From NCBI GenBank assembly GCA_963790205.1, contig CAWBNQ010000005.1, forward strand, positions 448,001 to 512,000: a stretch of DNA of 64,000 bases. The letters run 5' to 3'. This stretch comes from Nitrospirota bacterium. GTDB taxonomy: Bacteria > Nitrospirota > UBA9217. Below, piece by piece: positions 19,760 through 30,537 of this stretch (position 1 is its first letter; every line of letters starts with the position of its first letter). The translations under genes and the position numbers were made by a program. The notes under the pieces are model-generated. The model was not told where the DNA came from. It worked only from the letters and a program-made list of their open reading frames with translations, and ran no database searches.

Positions 19760-22453
19760 ATGAACATGATTGGCAGCGAAAGCGGCCCTCATAAGCCCGA
19801 GCTCTATGTTATAGACGGGAATTCCTATATCTACCGCGCTTTTTATGCGATCAGGAACCTGTCCACGTCTTCCGGTCTGCCCACGAACGCCGTGTTCGGC
19901 TTCGTGAATATGCTTCTGAAAGTAATCAAGGAAAAGTCGCCGGATATGGTCGCTATCGCCTTTGATCCTAAAGGTCCTACCCGCAGACATACCGAGTTCC
20001 AAGACTATAAGGCGCACCGGCCGCCCATGCCCCGGGACCTCATTCCGCAGATACCCTATATCCACAAACTCGTCGAGGCCTTTCGCATCCCTGTCTTCAT
20101 CCAGGAAGGCCAGGAGGCAGATGATGTGATTGCCACGCTGGCACGCAGGGCCGAGTCGGCCGGCATCGAGGTCACGGTCGTCACCGGCGACAAGGACCTT
20201 CTCCAGCTCGTGGGCACGAACATCAAGGTCTACGACACGCTCAAGGAGAAAGTTTACGGGCCCAAAGACGTCGAGGAGCGGTTCGGCGTACCGCCGGAGG
20301 GCATGGTCGAGATCATGGGGCTTATGGGAGACGCGTCAGACAATATACCGGGCGTGCCTGGGGTCGGCGAGAAGACCGCCCGGACGCTCATTCAGGAGTT
20401 CGGTACCATCGACAATCTGCTTGCACACGCGCACGCGATCACAAAACCCAAGCTCAGACAGTCGCTCATGGAGAATGCGCACTTGGCGCGTCTGAGCCGT
20501 GACCTTGCCCGGCTTCACAACGACGTGCCGATCCAGGTCGATTACGATGCCCTCAAAGTCAAGGAACCGGACAGTTCCGTCCTGCTCGCGCTTTTGCGCA
20601 AACTCGAGTTCCCCTCACTGCTCAGATATGTGACTCAGGAACCGGAGAAAGAAAAGCACTACGTTACCGTGCTCGATGAGTCGCAGTTGCTAAACCTGGT
20701 AGACGCTCTTTCAACGGCCGGGGAATTCTGTTTCGATACCGAGACGACGTCTCTCGACCCCATGCAAGCGGATCTTGTCGGCATTTCCTTTTCTGTCAAA
20801 CCCCATGATGCATTTTATCTACCAATCGGCCACGCCTACCCGGAAGCGCCGAAGCAGATCAGCCTGGAACACGTTCTGACAGCTCTCACGCCTGTCTTCG
20901 CGGACCCCGCGATCAGAAAGATCGGCCAGAACATGAAATACGACCTGCTCGTGCTGGGTCATTACGGCATGGAGGTAAAAGGCGTATATTTCGACACCAT
21001 GATTGCCTCCTACCTCCTGAACCCGGGCAGGCCTTCTCAGGGTCTTGATGCCCTGGCACTCGAGTTTTTGAACTACAAAACTACGACCTACGCCGACGTA
21101 ACGGGCTCCGGGAAAAAGCAGATCGATTTTCATGAAGTCGACATCAAAACAGCCGCGGATTATTCGGGTGAGGACGCCGACGTCGCACTCAGGCTGAAAC
21201 AGCTCCTGGCGCCAAAACTCAAGGAGCAGAACCTCGAGAAGCTCTTCCATGACATGGAGATGCCGCTCATGGAGGTCCTTGTCGATATGGAGCGGACGGG
21301 CGTAAAGATCGACGCCGGATTTTTAGCAGTGTTGTCGAAACGCCTCGAAAAGGAGACTGCGAAAATCATCGAAACCATATACGAGCTTGCCGGGACAGAG
21401 TTCAACATCAACTCGACGAAGCAGCTCGCGGACATCCTGTTCGGGAAGCTCCAGCTCACGCCGACCAAAAGGACCAAGACGGGCTTTTCCACGAACGTCG
21501 ATGTGCTCGAGGAACTGGCACACCTTCATCCCTTGCCTGCTGAGATCCTGAAATACCGCACGCTCTCCAAGCTCAAATCGACCTATATCGACGCCCTTCC
21601 GGCCATGATCAATCCGAGGACGGGCAGGCTCCACACCTCGTTCAATCAGGCCGTGACCGCCACCGGCAGGCTGTCAAGCAGCGACCCCAACCTCCAGAAC
21701 ATCCCCATCCGCACCGAGGTGGGAAGGGAGATCAGGCAGGCGTTTATTGCCGAGAGCGGGGCAAGCCTCCTCTCCGCCGATTACTCGCAGATCGAGCTTC
21801 GTGTTCTTGCGCACATGAGCGCTGATCCGGGTCTCATCCAGACCTTTATCGAGAACCAGGACGTCCATACACGCACCGCGTCGGAGATCTTCGGACTCCC
21901 CCCGGACGAGATAACGCCTGAGATGCGGCGCAAGGCAAAGGCCGTGAACTTCGGCATCGTTTACGGCATCTCCGCCTTCGGACTTGCCCAGGACATCGGC
22001 GTATCGAACTCCGAGGCAAAGCGCTACATCGATAGCTATTTCTCCCGTTATCCCAGGGTGCGGGAATTTATCGATACAACCGTTCAGAACGCCAAGGTAA
22101 ACGGCTACGTAATGACGTTATTCGGAAGACGGCGTTTCATCCCCGAGCTCTCATCGTCGGCTGTTGCGGTCCGAAACTTCGGCGAGCGCACCGCAGTGAA
22201 CACTCCCATCCAGGGTACGGCCGCCGACCTCATCAAGCTCGCAATGATCCATATTCAGCAGCGGCTCTTCCGAGAAAAGCTGCGATCAAAGATGATCCTG
22301 CAGGTGCATGATGAACTGGTGTTCGAGGTGCGCGATGACGAGATCGGACTCATGAAAAAGCTCGTGCGAGAAGAGATGGAGGGCGTGGTCCAGCTCGCCG
22401 TGCCTGTCCGTGTGGACATGAGCGTAGGCAAAAACTGGGATGAGGCGCACTGA
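19760..22453 (+). CDS. polA: DNA polymerase I
   Basis: IDGNSYIYRAFYA (5' nuclease), FDTETTSLD (Exo I), SADYSQIELR, KAVNFGIVYG and LQVHDEL; start probably ATG 19760 or 19766 rather than 19592. Confidence 0.97.
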   Translation: MNMIGSESGPHKPELYVIDGNSYIYRAFYAIRNLSTSSGLPTNAVFGFVNMLLKVIKEKSPDMVAIAFDPKGPTRRHTEFQDYKAHRPPMPRDLIPQIPYIHKLVEAFRIPVFIQEGQEADDVIATLARRAESAGIEVTVVTGDKDLLQLVGTNIKVYDTLKEKVYGPKDVEERFGVPPEGMVEIMGLMGDASDNIPGVPGVGEKTARTLIQEFGTIDNLLAHAHAITKPKLRQSLMENAHLARLSRDLARLHNDVPIQVDYDALKVKEPDSSVLLALLRKLEFPSLLRYVTQEPEKEKHYVTVLDESQLLNLVDALSTAGEFCFDTETTSLDPMQADLVGISFSVKPHDAFYLPIGHAYPEAPKQISLEHVLTALTPVFADPAIRKIGQNMKYDLLVLGHYGMEVKGVYFDTMIASYLLNPGRPSQGLDALALEFLNYKTTTYADVTGSGKKQIDFHEVDIKTAADYSGEDADVALRLKQLLAPKLKEQNLEKLFHDMEMPLMEVLVDMERTGVKIDAGFLAVLSKRLEKETAKIIETIYELAGTEFNINSTKQLADILFGKLQLTPTKRTKTGFSTNVDVLEELAHLHPLPAEILKYRTLSKLKSTYIDALPAMINPRTGRLHTSFNQAVTATGRLSSSDPNLQNIPIRTEVGREIRQAFIAESGASLLSADYSQIELRVLAHMSADPGLIQTFIENQDVHTRTASEIFGLPPDEITPEMRRKAKAVNFGIVYGISAFGLAQDIGVSNSEAKRYIDSYFSRYPRVREFIDTTVQNAKVNGYVMTLFGRRRFIPELSSSAVAVRNFGERTAVNTPIQGTAADLIKLAMIHIQQRLFREKLRSKMILQVHDELVFEVRDDEIGLMKKLVREEMEGVVQLAVPVRVDMSVGKNWDEAH

Positions 22454-22523
22454 AGCAGCAGAGGGCAAAGCCGGGACCTCCAAGCTTATACTTTATACAT
22501 CCTGCGCTCTGCTCTTTTCGTCC

Positions 22524-25500
22524 CTATTTGAACTCAAACCGGTATTTAATATCCGCTCCCGTATTCCCCACTTCGGTCCGTTCTCCCACAAGGGAGAAAT
22601 GTCTGGTCAAGACATACTCGATGTTGAAAATCTGATCAGGCGTGCTCGCCCCCACATTTGAAGAATAAGTAACGTAGAGCCTGTCCTGGACAAGCTCCTT
22701 TCCCACTGTTACCCGCGGCACGGACGTGTCGCGGGTGCTCACGTAAGGATCGACCTGGAAACGGTCGAGCCCGGTCAGGCTCCGCGCGCGGCTCTCGAAC
22801 ATGTCCTGGAACTGTCCGGTGGCGAAAGAGGCCGCTTCGCTCATACCCACTCCGGATTCCCTGCCTTTCAGCTCAGTGCTGGTCCTTCCCAGCGCAAGGA
22901 GCGAAAGGATGTCCGAATCGGGCAATGACGGGTCCGACAGGAGCGTTACAACAGCCCGATCCGCGGTACCGGAAACCGCCAGCCGGATTCTATAGTCACG
23001 CACTTGGATCTCTGCCTGAATGTCCAGAACGGGATTCATGCGGTTCGGGTCCACGAAATCCGCTGACGCGCTGAGGATCCTGAATTCGTTTTTCCGGAAG
23101 TACACCAGGCCCTGCCGGGCCTCGACCCTGCCCAGGAGTTGCGGATGATTCACCGTGCCGCGGAGGAACATATCCACGTCCAGGGGTATTTTGGCAAGGT
23201 TGTTCTGGAGCAGAATACTGTCCTTGCCATGAAACCGAATGTTGATCTGCGTATCTCCGATCCAGGCGACTTCCGTCTTTTTTTTCTGATACAGCCCCTT
23301 CCCGATATCAACGAGCATGCTCTTCCACTCAACCCGTTTGTCATACCGGGCGCGTTTGATCATCACATCGCCGGTCAGGGACTGCTCCGAGGCACCGCCG
23401 TCATAATAAAGGTCGCCGGACAGGGTCGAGGTAAGGCCTTCAGGATAGCGGACCGTCACGTTCTCGAATGAGGTCTTCAGAGAAAAATCCTGGAGAGCAA
23501 GGCCGGCAAGCTGCGCCCATCCTGATGCGCTCAGGGTGCCGCCGCCTGCCTCGCCGGTCAGGGAGTCGACAACGATCCTGTTCTGGCCGAAGGTGAGCTT
23601 TCCCTGCAAGGCGGTAAATTTTTGAGGAATGTCCTTTATCTTGACCTCTCCGTTCTTGATGCGCAGTTCCCCTCCAATCTCGGGGCTCTTCCATGCATCC
23701 TGGACCGTGAGCTTCACCTCGGCGGTCCCGTCTCCATGCTCGACTTCACGATACAGGATACGGAGAAGTGAAAGGTGTGCCGTGCCGGTGAACGAGAAAT
23801 CCAGGTCCTTCATGAGTCTCGCGCCACCGGTGACGGCGAGTCTTGTACCGGGGCCCTTGAAGTTAAGCGCGGAGATACTGAGCCGGCCCGCCCGGACGGC
23901 AACGGCCGCCTCGCCGTCATTATCGATCCGGTAGTCACCCATCACGAGACTGAGCCGTTTGAACGACGCAGTGCCGAAAAGTGTGGCGAGGTCCGTACCG
24001 TTGCCCCGTGCGAACAGACTGCCGTCCGCGCTCAAGCGGGTGCGTCCAAAGAGGTCCTTTTTCCCCAACGCGACAAAGGGATCGATTGTGTCGGAGTTTA
24101 TCGTTGCCTGCACGCTCCAGCCATAGGGTTTGCTCAGACCCAGTTGGGCCGTCATAACCGCCCGGTCATCTGCAAGCTGCGTCCTGCAGCTGAGCACGCC
24201 GTCGGCGATCTCAAGTTCCGCCGTGAGGCTGCCCAGAGTGGTTTGATTGTAGAAGAACTCATCCGTATCGAACGATGCCGTCACGCGGGGATGAGAGAAG
24301 CTTCCTGATGATACGATATCGAGGTTGAAGTGTCCATCAACGGGCATGCCGGCCAGATGGTCGATTTCGCCGAGCTTAACGCCGCTGCTCTCGACATGCG
24401 CAGAATAGCTGCCGTCGAAACCTATCCACCCGGTGCCTTGCACGGCGCCGCTCCCTTTGGTCAAATGAACTTGTGGAAAGGAGATCCTGTCTCTGGTGAG
24501 AGAAGCGGTGATCGTACCCCGATTAAAAGATTCTCCGTAAGCGCTGCCGGACTCGATTGTGAGTCTGCCGCTCCCGGTAAAGTCTTGCCGGGTACCGTTG
24601 AACGTCAATTCCCCGGTGGACGGCAGGTGAAGCGGGATCGGCTTATAAAAAAGGGCCACGATGTTTCCCACCTCCGCCTGGATGACCTTGAGCCGGGCCG
24701 CGAAGAGCGGCTCCTTGTTCATAAGGTCAACGGACCCGTCGAACAGGTAGCGGGATGTCTGCTGGTGGATATCTGCGGATATGAGACTGATCTTTTTGTC
24801 GCGATACTGGAGCCTTCCTTCTGCCTTATCGAACAAGACACCGCGAATGGTCAGCGGTCCTGCCGATACAACACCGTCGAAAAGGGGCGCTTCGAACGCG
24901 CCGGTAAGATATCCTTTGACGCTGATCCTGCCTTCAAGCGGCATTGACGTCAGAAACGAGAGGGTCCGGCCCATATCATTGGACCCGGCCGTCAGTTCTG
25001 CGTCGAATCCGCGCTGAGGATCGGCCCGCCCTCTAATTCGGACCGACAGGTCGCCGGCCAGGATATCGAAGCGTTTTATATCCAGTCCCCGCTCGCTGTA
25101 GCCAAGGGCCGCATTGATGCTCTCGACGATGATGCTCGTATTGCCGCGGGTAAGCTTCCATTTCTCGCCGGTAAGCATCAAACTCTTATTTCCGTAGCCG
25201 AAGGACAGGACGGCATCCTGAAGCTGCATCCCCTGATACGAAATGCCGGAGAATTTGAGCGTCCCCTCGATGGATGGATTCAGCATATGCCCGCGGACGG
25301 ATACCGAAGCATCGACGTGCGGTCCCTGTTCTTTTTTGACGGGCTTCAGGAAATCGGTAAATCTTCCCAGCGTCTGCGGACCGGACCGTACCTTGAGCCG
25401 AAGATTCAACAATGCATCCGGCAGGGGCCCTATGTCGCCTGAGAGCGAAATTGCCGTGTCCGCGGACGTGAGCTCCGTAGAATCCAGGTAAAGCCGGCCA

Positions 25501-26150
25501 TTCTCATACCGGACAGCCGCCCTTAAAAAACCTGACAGCTCTGGATACGCAGGGGCAGTCATGTGAATAACAGAATTTTTAAGGGCGACCTTCATGCTGT
25601 CGCCCCCCAAACTGATCGCCGTGCTTACTTGAAGCTGCGACACTTCCACATGCGTCGATGTCAGGCCATCATCATAGGAAATTCCGCCCTGGTTGACGGT
25701 AACGGTGCGCAGGACGAGCCTGAAGTCCGAGGGAGCCTCGGCCTGCACGCGACCGATATTTTTTTTGATCCGGTCGACGATCGGAGTGATATTAAACGCA
25801 CCATCCATTGTCCGCTCGACGAAAAGGCGGGGTTCGAAAATCGAGATCGAGGACAGTCTGATCTTTTTCAAGACGAGCGGCAGGGGGTCGATATACACCT
25901 TGATTTTTCGAATTGCCACAGTCTGCCTACCCCGCTCGTCGAGGAGAGAAATGTCCCGTGCTTCAAGATACATGGGTATGAAATTTGCTTGCACCCATCC
26001 GATTTCTACATCACTGCCAAGCACCGCTTTGAGACGGGCAACAACCAGGGGCCTGATCCGAAGCGCAAAAGAATCGCTCTGAACGTAGAACTCGACCGTT
26101 GCGAGCAGAACAAAAATGACAGTTGATATGATGATAATAAACTTCTTCAT
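22524..26150 (-). CDS. tamB: Translocation/assembly module TamB (AsmA-like) protein
   Basis: About 1200 aa, N-terminal anchor, beta-rich; C-terminal LSDPSLPDSDILSLL, VTVGKEL and ADIKYRFEFK. Confidence 0.8.
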   Translation of the reverse strand: MKKFIIIISTVIFVLLATVEFYVQSDSFALRIRPLVVARLKAVLGSDVEIGWVQANFIPMYLEARDISLLDERGRQTVAIRKIKVYIDPLPLVLKKIRLSSISIFEPRLFVERTMDGAFNITPIVDRIKKNIGRVQAEAPSDFRLVLRTVTVNQGGISYDDGLTSTHVEVSQLQVSTAISLGGDSMKVALKNSVIHMTAPAYPELSGFLRAAVRYENGRLYLDSTELTSADTAISLSGDIGPLPDALLNLRLKVRSGPQTLGRFTDFLKPVKKEQGPHVDASVSVRGHMLNPSIEGTLKFSGISYQGMQLQDAVLSFGYGNKSLMLTGEKWKLTRGNTSIIVESINAALGYSERGLDIKRFDILAGDLSVRIRGRADPQRGFDAELTAGSNDMGRTLSFLTSMPLEGRISVKGYLTGAFEAPLFDGVVSAGPLTIRGVLFDKAEGRLQYRDKKISLISADIHQQTSRYLFDGSVDLMNKEPLFAARLKVIQAEVGNIVALFYKPIPLHLPSTGELTFNGTRQDFTGSGRLTIESGSAYGESFNRGTITASLTRDRISFPQVHLTKGSGAVQGTGWIGFDGSYSAHVESSGVKLGEIDHLAGMPVDGHFNLDIVSSGSFSHPRVTASFDTDEFFYNQTTLGSLTAELEIADGVLSCRTQLADDRAVMTAQLGLSKPYGWSVQATINSDTIDPFVALGKKDLFGRTRLSADGSLFARGNGTDLATLFGTASFKRLSLVMGDYRIDNDGEAAVAVRAGRLSISALNFKGPGTRLAVTGGARLMKDLDFSFTGTAHLSLLRILYREVEHGDGTAEVKLTVQDAWKSPEIGGELRIKNGEVKIKDIPQKFTALQGKLTFGQNRIVVDSLTGEAGGGTLSASGWAQLAGLALQDFSLKTSFENVTVRYPEGLTSTLSGDLYYDGGASEQSLTGDVMIKRARYDKRVEWKSMLVDIGKGLYQKKKTEVAWIGDTQINIRFHGKDSILLQNNLAKIPLDVDMFLRGTVNHPQLLGRVEARQGLVYFRKNEFRILSASADFVDPNRMNPVLDIQAEIQVRDYRIRLAVSGTADRAVVTLLSDPSLPDSDILSLLALGRTSTELKGRESGVGMSEAASFATGQFQDMFESRARSLTGLDRFQVDPYVSTRDTSVPRVTVGKELVQDRLYVTYSSNVGASTPDQIFNIEYVLTRHFSLVGERTEVGNTGADIKYRFEFK

Positions 26151-26231
26151 AAAAATCAAACGCTACGTAATAAACAAATATCCCTTCTCCTTAATTTTAC
26201 GTCCCTCGCCCTCTCAATCCTCTTCATGTCT

Positions 26232-28871
26232 TTATTCTATCACCTTGAGTATCGTTTCCTTGATCTTGTGGAGCCTATCGCTATCAAGAATCTTCTGACG
26301 CAGCAGGTCTGTTACGTAGAAGGAATCCATGACCCGCACACCTTCAGTTACGATCTTGGCGGAACCGATGTCGAGGTTGAGGTCGTACAGGGTCTTCGTC
26401 ACCCGGTACAGGAAGCCGACCATGTCTCGCGCCGTAATATCAACGATGGTAAATGAGTCCGAAGTCTCGTTGTCGAACTCCACGGACGGAGTTACCGCGA
26501 CCGGGGCCTGTCTCACGGATATGTACACACCCGGTTCAGGAGGCCCGGTCTTGCTCATGAGTGCCGTCCTGAGCTCGTTCCGCACGCTCTCCCATGCGTC
26601 ATCATACGCGTAGATGTTGCCGTCAGAATCGGTGACCTGAAAAGTATCGATCATGACTCCGTTCTTTGAGGTATAGACCTGCGCTCGTAGAATGTTCAGG
26701 TTCTTCGCCGCAATCGTGCCGGCGGTCCGGTAAAACATGCCGTAGGCATCGTAGGCGCAGACCGTAAGCTCTGTATAGCCCTTCTCGGGATAGTGGCAAT
26801 ACCGGATCACGAGTTGTTCATCGGGGAGCCGTTTCATCATCCCCATGTGATCGATCACCTTGTGCGCAGAAGTATAAAGGATATACTGTTCGGGCATTGC
26901 CACAAGAAAAGAATCGATTTCCTGCAGCGTAAACAGCTCCTCGGCGGCGTTCCTGATCCTGACCGATGCCGCGATCAACCGGGCCTGCATTTCTTCCCCT
27001 GCCTGAGCGCTCGTTTCGAGGTAATTGAGAGTTTTCAAATAAAGGTCTTGAAGAAGCACCGCCTTCCACTGTGTCCATGCTGTAGGATTTACCGCCGAGA
27101 TGTCCGCGTAGGTGAGCAGGTAGAGCATGGCAAGGTTATCGCGGTCCCACACCACCCGTGAAAAATCCGCGATCACCTTCCTGTCGGTCAGTTCTCTGCG
27201 CTGGGACAAGCTCGACATGAGGAGGTGATTCCGGATAAGGAACAATACCCGTTCACGGTCCTCGCCGCCGACTCCAAGCCGGGCGAGTATCTTTTCCGCC
27301 AGCTCGGCCCCATGGCGTTCGTGCTCTGCCCGGTAGGCCTTACCCAGATCATGGAGCAATGCCGCGAGAATCAATATCCACCGTTTTTTTATCCCGGTAA
27401 AAGCATCACGAAGCATAGCGAGCGCGGGAAATTGGCCTGACCACAAATCCTGAAGCTTCCGGATGGCAAGCAGGATATGTTCATCAACAGTGTACAGGTG
27501 ATAATAGTCGTGCCGGGCCAGCGCCTGAATGGCCCTGAACTCGGGCAAATATCGACCGAGGAAGCGCACCTTCTTCATAAGATCGAGCGTTTCCGAAAGA
27601 TTGTCGGGTTTGTTCAGGATAGAGAGAAAAGCAGCGGCGGCAGAGGGATCGCGCCGTCCTCCGTCTCCGATCCGGCATTCCCGAATCTGGGACATGAGCT
27701 TACCGGAAAAAACCGCGTGACGTGACTGTGCAATTTCGAAGGCAGCCATGATGAACGACGTATCTCCTCCACAGTCATTCCCCGACGACGGGACGAGGGT
27801 CCTGCCGACGAGGGAGAACGGACCCAGGGACAGCGTCCGTTCGAACCAACGGCGCTCGGGCTTGGGGAGCACTGACTCGGCGACAACGTGCAAAAACTCA
27901 CTGATGTTCCGCGCGTGCAGAAAATAGGCTTTCATGAACCGCTCCACGGCAAGCAAGTGCGCCGAGTCGCGATAGTTGAAATCCCCGGCCGCCCGTTCCT
28001 GGAGTTCAAAGGTGAGGTGGTCGTTCTTACGGCCCGAAAGGTAATGGAGCTCATTCCGCACGCTCCAGAGAAAGTTCCGCGATCTCAGCACTACCGCGTG
28101 TTGTCCTTCGGAGATAACGCCGTGCGCAACCAGGTCCCCGAGCGACCCGATCCTGAAGCGTACGCAAGCGATCCAGAAGGCGGTATGAAAGTCCCTGAGC
28201 CCGCCGGCTCCCTCCTTGATGTTCGGTTCCCGAAGGTAGATGGAGCCGCCGTATTTCTGGCGTGTTGCGTTCCGCTCGGCAATTTTTTCGTTGATGAAAG
28301 CAGGGGGCTTCCAGTAGAAGACCTCGCTCTGCATAATCTTGAGGAACGACTGGTAGAGGGCCGGATCGCCGGCGATCAGGCGGGATTCTATGAGGGACGT
28401 CCGGATTTTGATGTCCTGCCGCCCGAGCGTCAGGCACTCTTTCCCCGTCCTCACGCTGTAGCCGACATCAAGGCCGGCGTCCCAGAGCAGGTAGAGGAGC
28501 TCCGGCGCGCGCTTGCGGTCCGCCTCGTCTCTGCAGAGGAGCATGATGTCGATATCGGAATGAGGATTCAGCTCTCCCCTGCCGTACCCCCCGACCGCGA
28601 GGAGTGCCGGCATGGGACTGGGACCGGCCGACGCCAGACAATGGTGCGCCTCGCGAAGGGTCCGGTCGATGAGAGCGGTGCGCCGCTGCACGACCTCGTT
28701 GCCGGGTGCGCCGGCAAAGTGCGACTCCCTGATAACGGCGTTTTCTTGTTCGAGATACGCCTTAAGGCCGCCGTCAAAAGATGGTGATAATGGTCGGTTC
28801 AATGATTTCACTGTAGTAAAACTGAAGGGATGAGAACAAACAGCTAAACACGGGACCTCAGAGCTGTCCAT
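26232..28871 (-). CDS. glnD: [Protein-PII] uridylyltransferase
   Basis: AVGGYGRGELNPHSDID, EPNIKEGAGGLRD, YHLYTVDEH, LLHDLGK and two ACT domains; start uncertain. Confidence 0.95.
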   Translation of the reverse strand: MDSSEVPCLAVCSHPFSFTTVKSLNRPLSPSFDGGLKAYLEQENAVIRESHFAGAPGNEVVQRRTALIDRTLREAHHCLASAGPSPMPALLAVGGYGRGELNPHSDIDIMLLCRDEADRKRAPELLYLLWDAGLDVGYSVRTGKECLTLGRQDIKIRTSLIESRLIAGDPALYQSFLKIMQSEVFYWKPPAFINEKIAERNATRQKYGGSIYLREPNIKEGAGGLRDFHTAFWIACVRFRIGSLGDLVAHGVISEGQHAVVLRSRNFLWSVRNELHYLSGRKNDHLTFELQERAAGDFNYRDSAHLLAVERFMKAYFLHARNISEFLHVVAESVLPKPERRWFERTLSLGPFSLVGRTLVPSSGNDCGGDTSFIMAAFEIAQSRHAVFSGKLMSQIRECRIGDGGRRDPSAAAAFLSILNKPDNLSETLDLMKKVRFLGRYLPEFRAIQALARHDYYHLYTVDEHILLAIRKLQDLWSGQFPALAMLRDAFTGIKKRWILILAALLHDLGKAYRAEHERHGAELAEKILARLGVGGEDRERVLFLIRNHLLMSSLSQRRELTDRKVIADFSRVVWDRDNLAMLYLLTYADISAVNPTAWTQWKAVLLQDLYLKTLNYLETSAQAGEEMQARLIAASVRIRNAAEELFTLQEIDSFLVAMPEQYILYTSAHKVIDHMGMMKRLPDEQLVIRYCHYPEKGYTELTVCAYDAYGMFYRTAGTIAAKNLNILRAQVYTSKNGVMIDTFQVTDSDGNIYAYDDAWESVRNELRTALMSKTGPPEPGVYISVRQAPVAVTPSVEFDNETSDSFTIVDITARDMVGFLYRVTKTLYDLNLDIGSAKIVTEGVRVMDSFYVTDLLRQKILDSDRLHKIKETILKVIE

Positions 28872-28905
28872 TGAGAGACAGCAGCAGGAAACGCGCGGTA
28901 TTGAG

Positions 28906-29349
28906 TCAATGTCGCGCCTCGGGGACCACCTCTTTCATGCCCTTAAAGCTGATTGCCTTGATCTCGTCCAGGGTCAGCATAAAGCTGCCGAAACCCGCTT
29001 CTCCGTAGCACCGGGAGTCCGCATCGACGTCAAATGCCACATCGCTTCCATCCGCGAGATGCGCGGTAAGTCGTACTTTTTTTTCCTTCTTCTCGCCCAC
29101 CGTCACTTCCTTTATCCGGTCAAAGGGCAGGTTCACCTCGGCCAATCCCATGTATCCCGAAAAACGTATCCTCCCCTCCCAGCTGAACTTCTCGCCGCTG
29201 ATCTTGTTACCCGATGCATCGGTCACCACGACGGTGAAATTCTTGTCGACCCGGGGCGCCCGTTCGAATCCGCCGCCCTTCCCGCCCATGGCTGTGAGCA
29301 AAACAAACAAGGACAGCACAAGAACCACGGTTGAAGCTCTCTTCAGCAT
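28906..29349 (-). CDS. Hypothetical exported protein
   Basis: Signal-peptide-like N-terminus; SD AAAGGAG; beta-rich, 147 aa. Confidence 0.7.
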   Translation of the reverse strand: MLKRASTVVLVLSLFVLLTAMGGKGGGFERAPRVDKNFTVVVTDASGNKISGEKFSWEGRIRFSGYMGLAEVNLPFDRIKEVTVGEKKEKKVRLTAHLADGSDVAFDVDADSRCYGEAGFGSFMLTLDEIKAISFKGMKEVVPEARH

Positions 29350-29603
29350 GATCGAACTCCTTTCGGGATCAGAAGGTCACTGATATCTGCCTGTAATGAA
29401 CAAGATTACCATATTGACACCGTGCTTTCAAGAAAAAAGCTTGCCCCATGGCAGTGACAAGATTATACTGACGCGTATCAACCCTGCCGCAAGAAACCGC
29501 ACCAGTAAGACGATGGCCGTTGTCGTTTATCGTCGTCCGGCCACGGAGCTTGCAAATGATCATGGGTTTGTGTAAGGTCGCACAGAATGCGAGGTATGCG
29601 GAA

Positions 29604-30377
29604 ATGACCGATAACCTGATGAAGCTCGTTGATCTCATGGCCACGCTCCGCGGGCCCGATGGCTGCCCTTGGGACAAAAAACAGACCGCCGACTCGCTCA
29701 AACCGTTCCTGATCGAGGAGTGCTACGAAGTGGTCGACACGCTCGACGAGGGCGATCCCGGCAAGATGAAGGAAGAGCTCGGAGACCTCCTGTTCCAGAT
29801 CATCTTCCACGCCAGGATCGCCGAGGAAAAAGGCCAGTTCACGATCTGGGACGTCATCTCTACCAATGTCGAAAAGATGGTCCGCCGCCATCCTCATGTG
29901 TTTGGTGATGAGAAGCTCTCGACGGACAAGGAAGTTCTCGCGAACTGGGAAGAGATCAAGAAAAAAGAAAAAGGCAACGAAGACCGTAAGTCCATCCTCG
30001 AGGGCGTGCCCCGGAGCATGCCCTCGCTCATTCGCGCTCACCGGCTCCAGGAACGCGCCGCACGCGTGGGCTTCGACTGGAAGCACCTCAACGAAACCCT
30101 GCCCAAGCTCGATGAGGAGATAGCTGAATTTAAGGAATCGCTCAAGACCGAGGACGCGGCAAAAATAGAAGAAGAACTGGGCGATATTTTCTTTATGCTC
30201 GTTAACATCTCCCGCTTTTTGGATGTAGACCCCGAAGAGGCGCTGAGGAAGACCATCAGCAAGTTCATTCACCGTTTCCGGTACATCGAAGAAAGCGCCG
30301 CAGAGGCTGGCAAATCGTTAACTGACATGACGCTCGATGAAATGGAGAAGTTGTGGCAGGAGGCAAAGAGGAAATGA
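29604..30377 (+). CDS. mazG: Nucleoside triphosphate pyrophosphohydrolase
   Basis: LRGPDGCPWDKKQT, EELGDLLFQ, RRHPHVF and VGFDW; start ATG 29604. Confidence 0.95.
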   Translation: MTDNLMKLVDLMATLRGPDGCPWDKKQTADSLKPFLIEECYEVVDTLDEGDPGKMKEELGDLLFQIIFHARIAEEKGQFTIWDVISTNVEKMVRRHPHVFGDEKLSTDKEVLANWEEIKKKEKGNEDRKSILEGVPRSMPSLIRAHRLQERAARVGFDWKHLNETLPKLDEEIAEFKESLKTEDAAKIEEELGDIFFMLVNISRFLDVDPEEALRKTISKFIHRFRYIEESAAEAGKSLTDMTLDEMEKLWQEAKRK

Positions 30378-30476
30378 ACCACGCTACGGCGAGGTTCTTT
30401 CGAGAGCATAAGTTGAGAGTATAAGTTGAAGCATCGGAGATATATTCAGCCGTAAAAAAGTCGGGCAAAAGAATCA

Positions 30477-30498
30477 GGCCGGGCTTAACAACCCGGCC
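30477..30498. terminator. Hairpin between convergent mazG and lpdA
   Basis: GGCCGGG-CTTAACAA-CCCGGCC. Confidence 0.5.
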
Positions 30499-30537
30499 GT
30501 TTATATCCTTACGGTGATCATGCGGTTCAGGTGATTT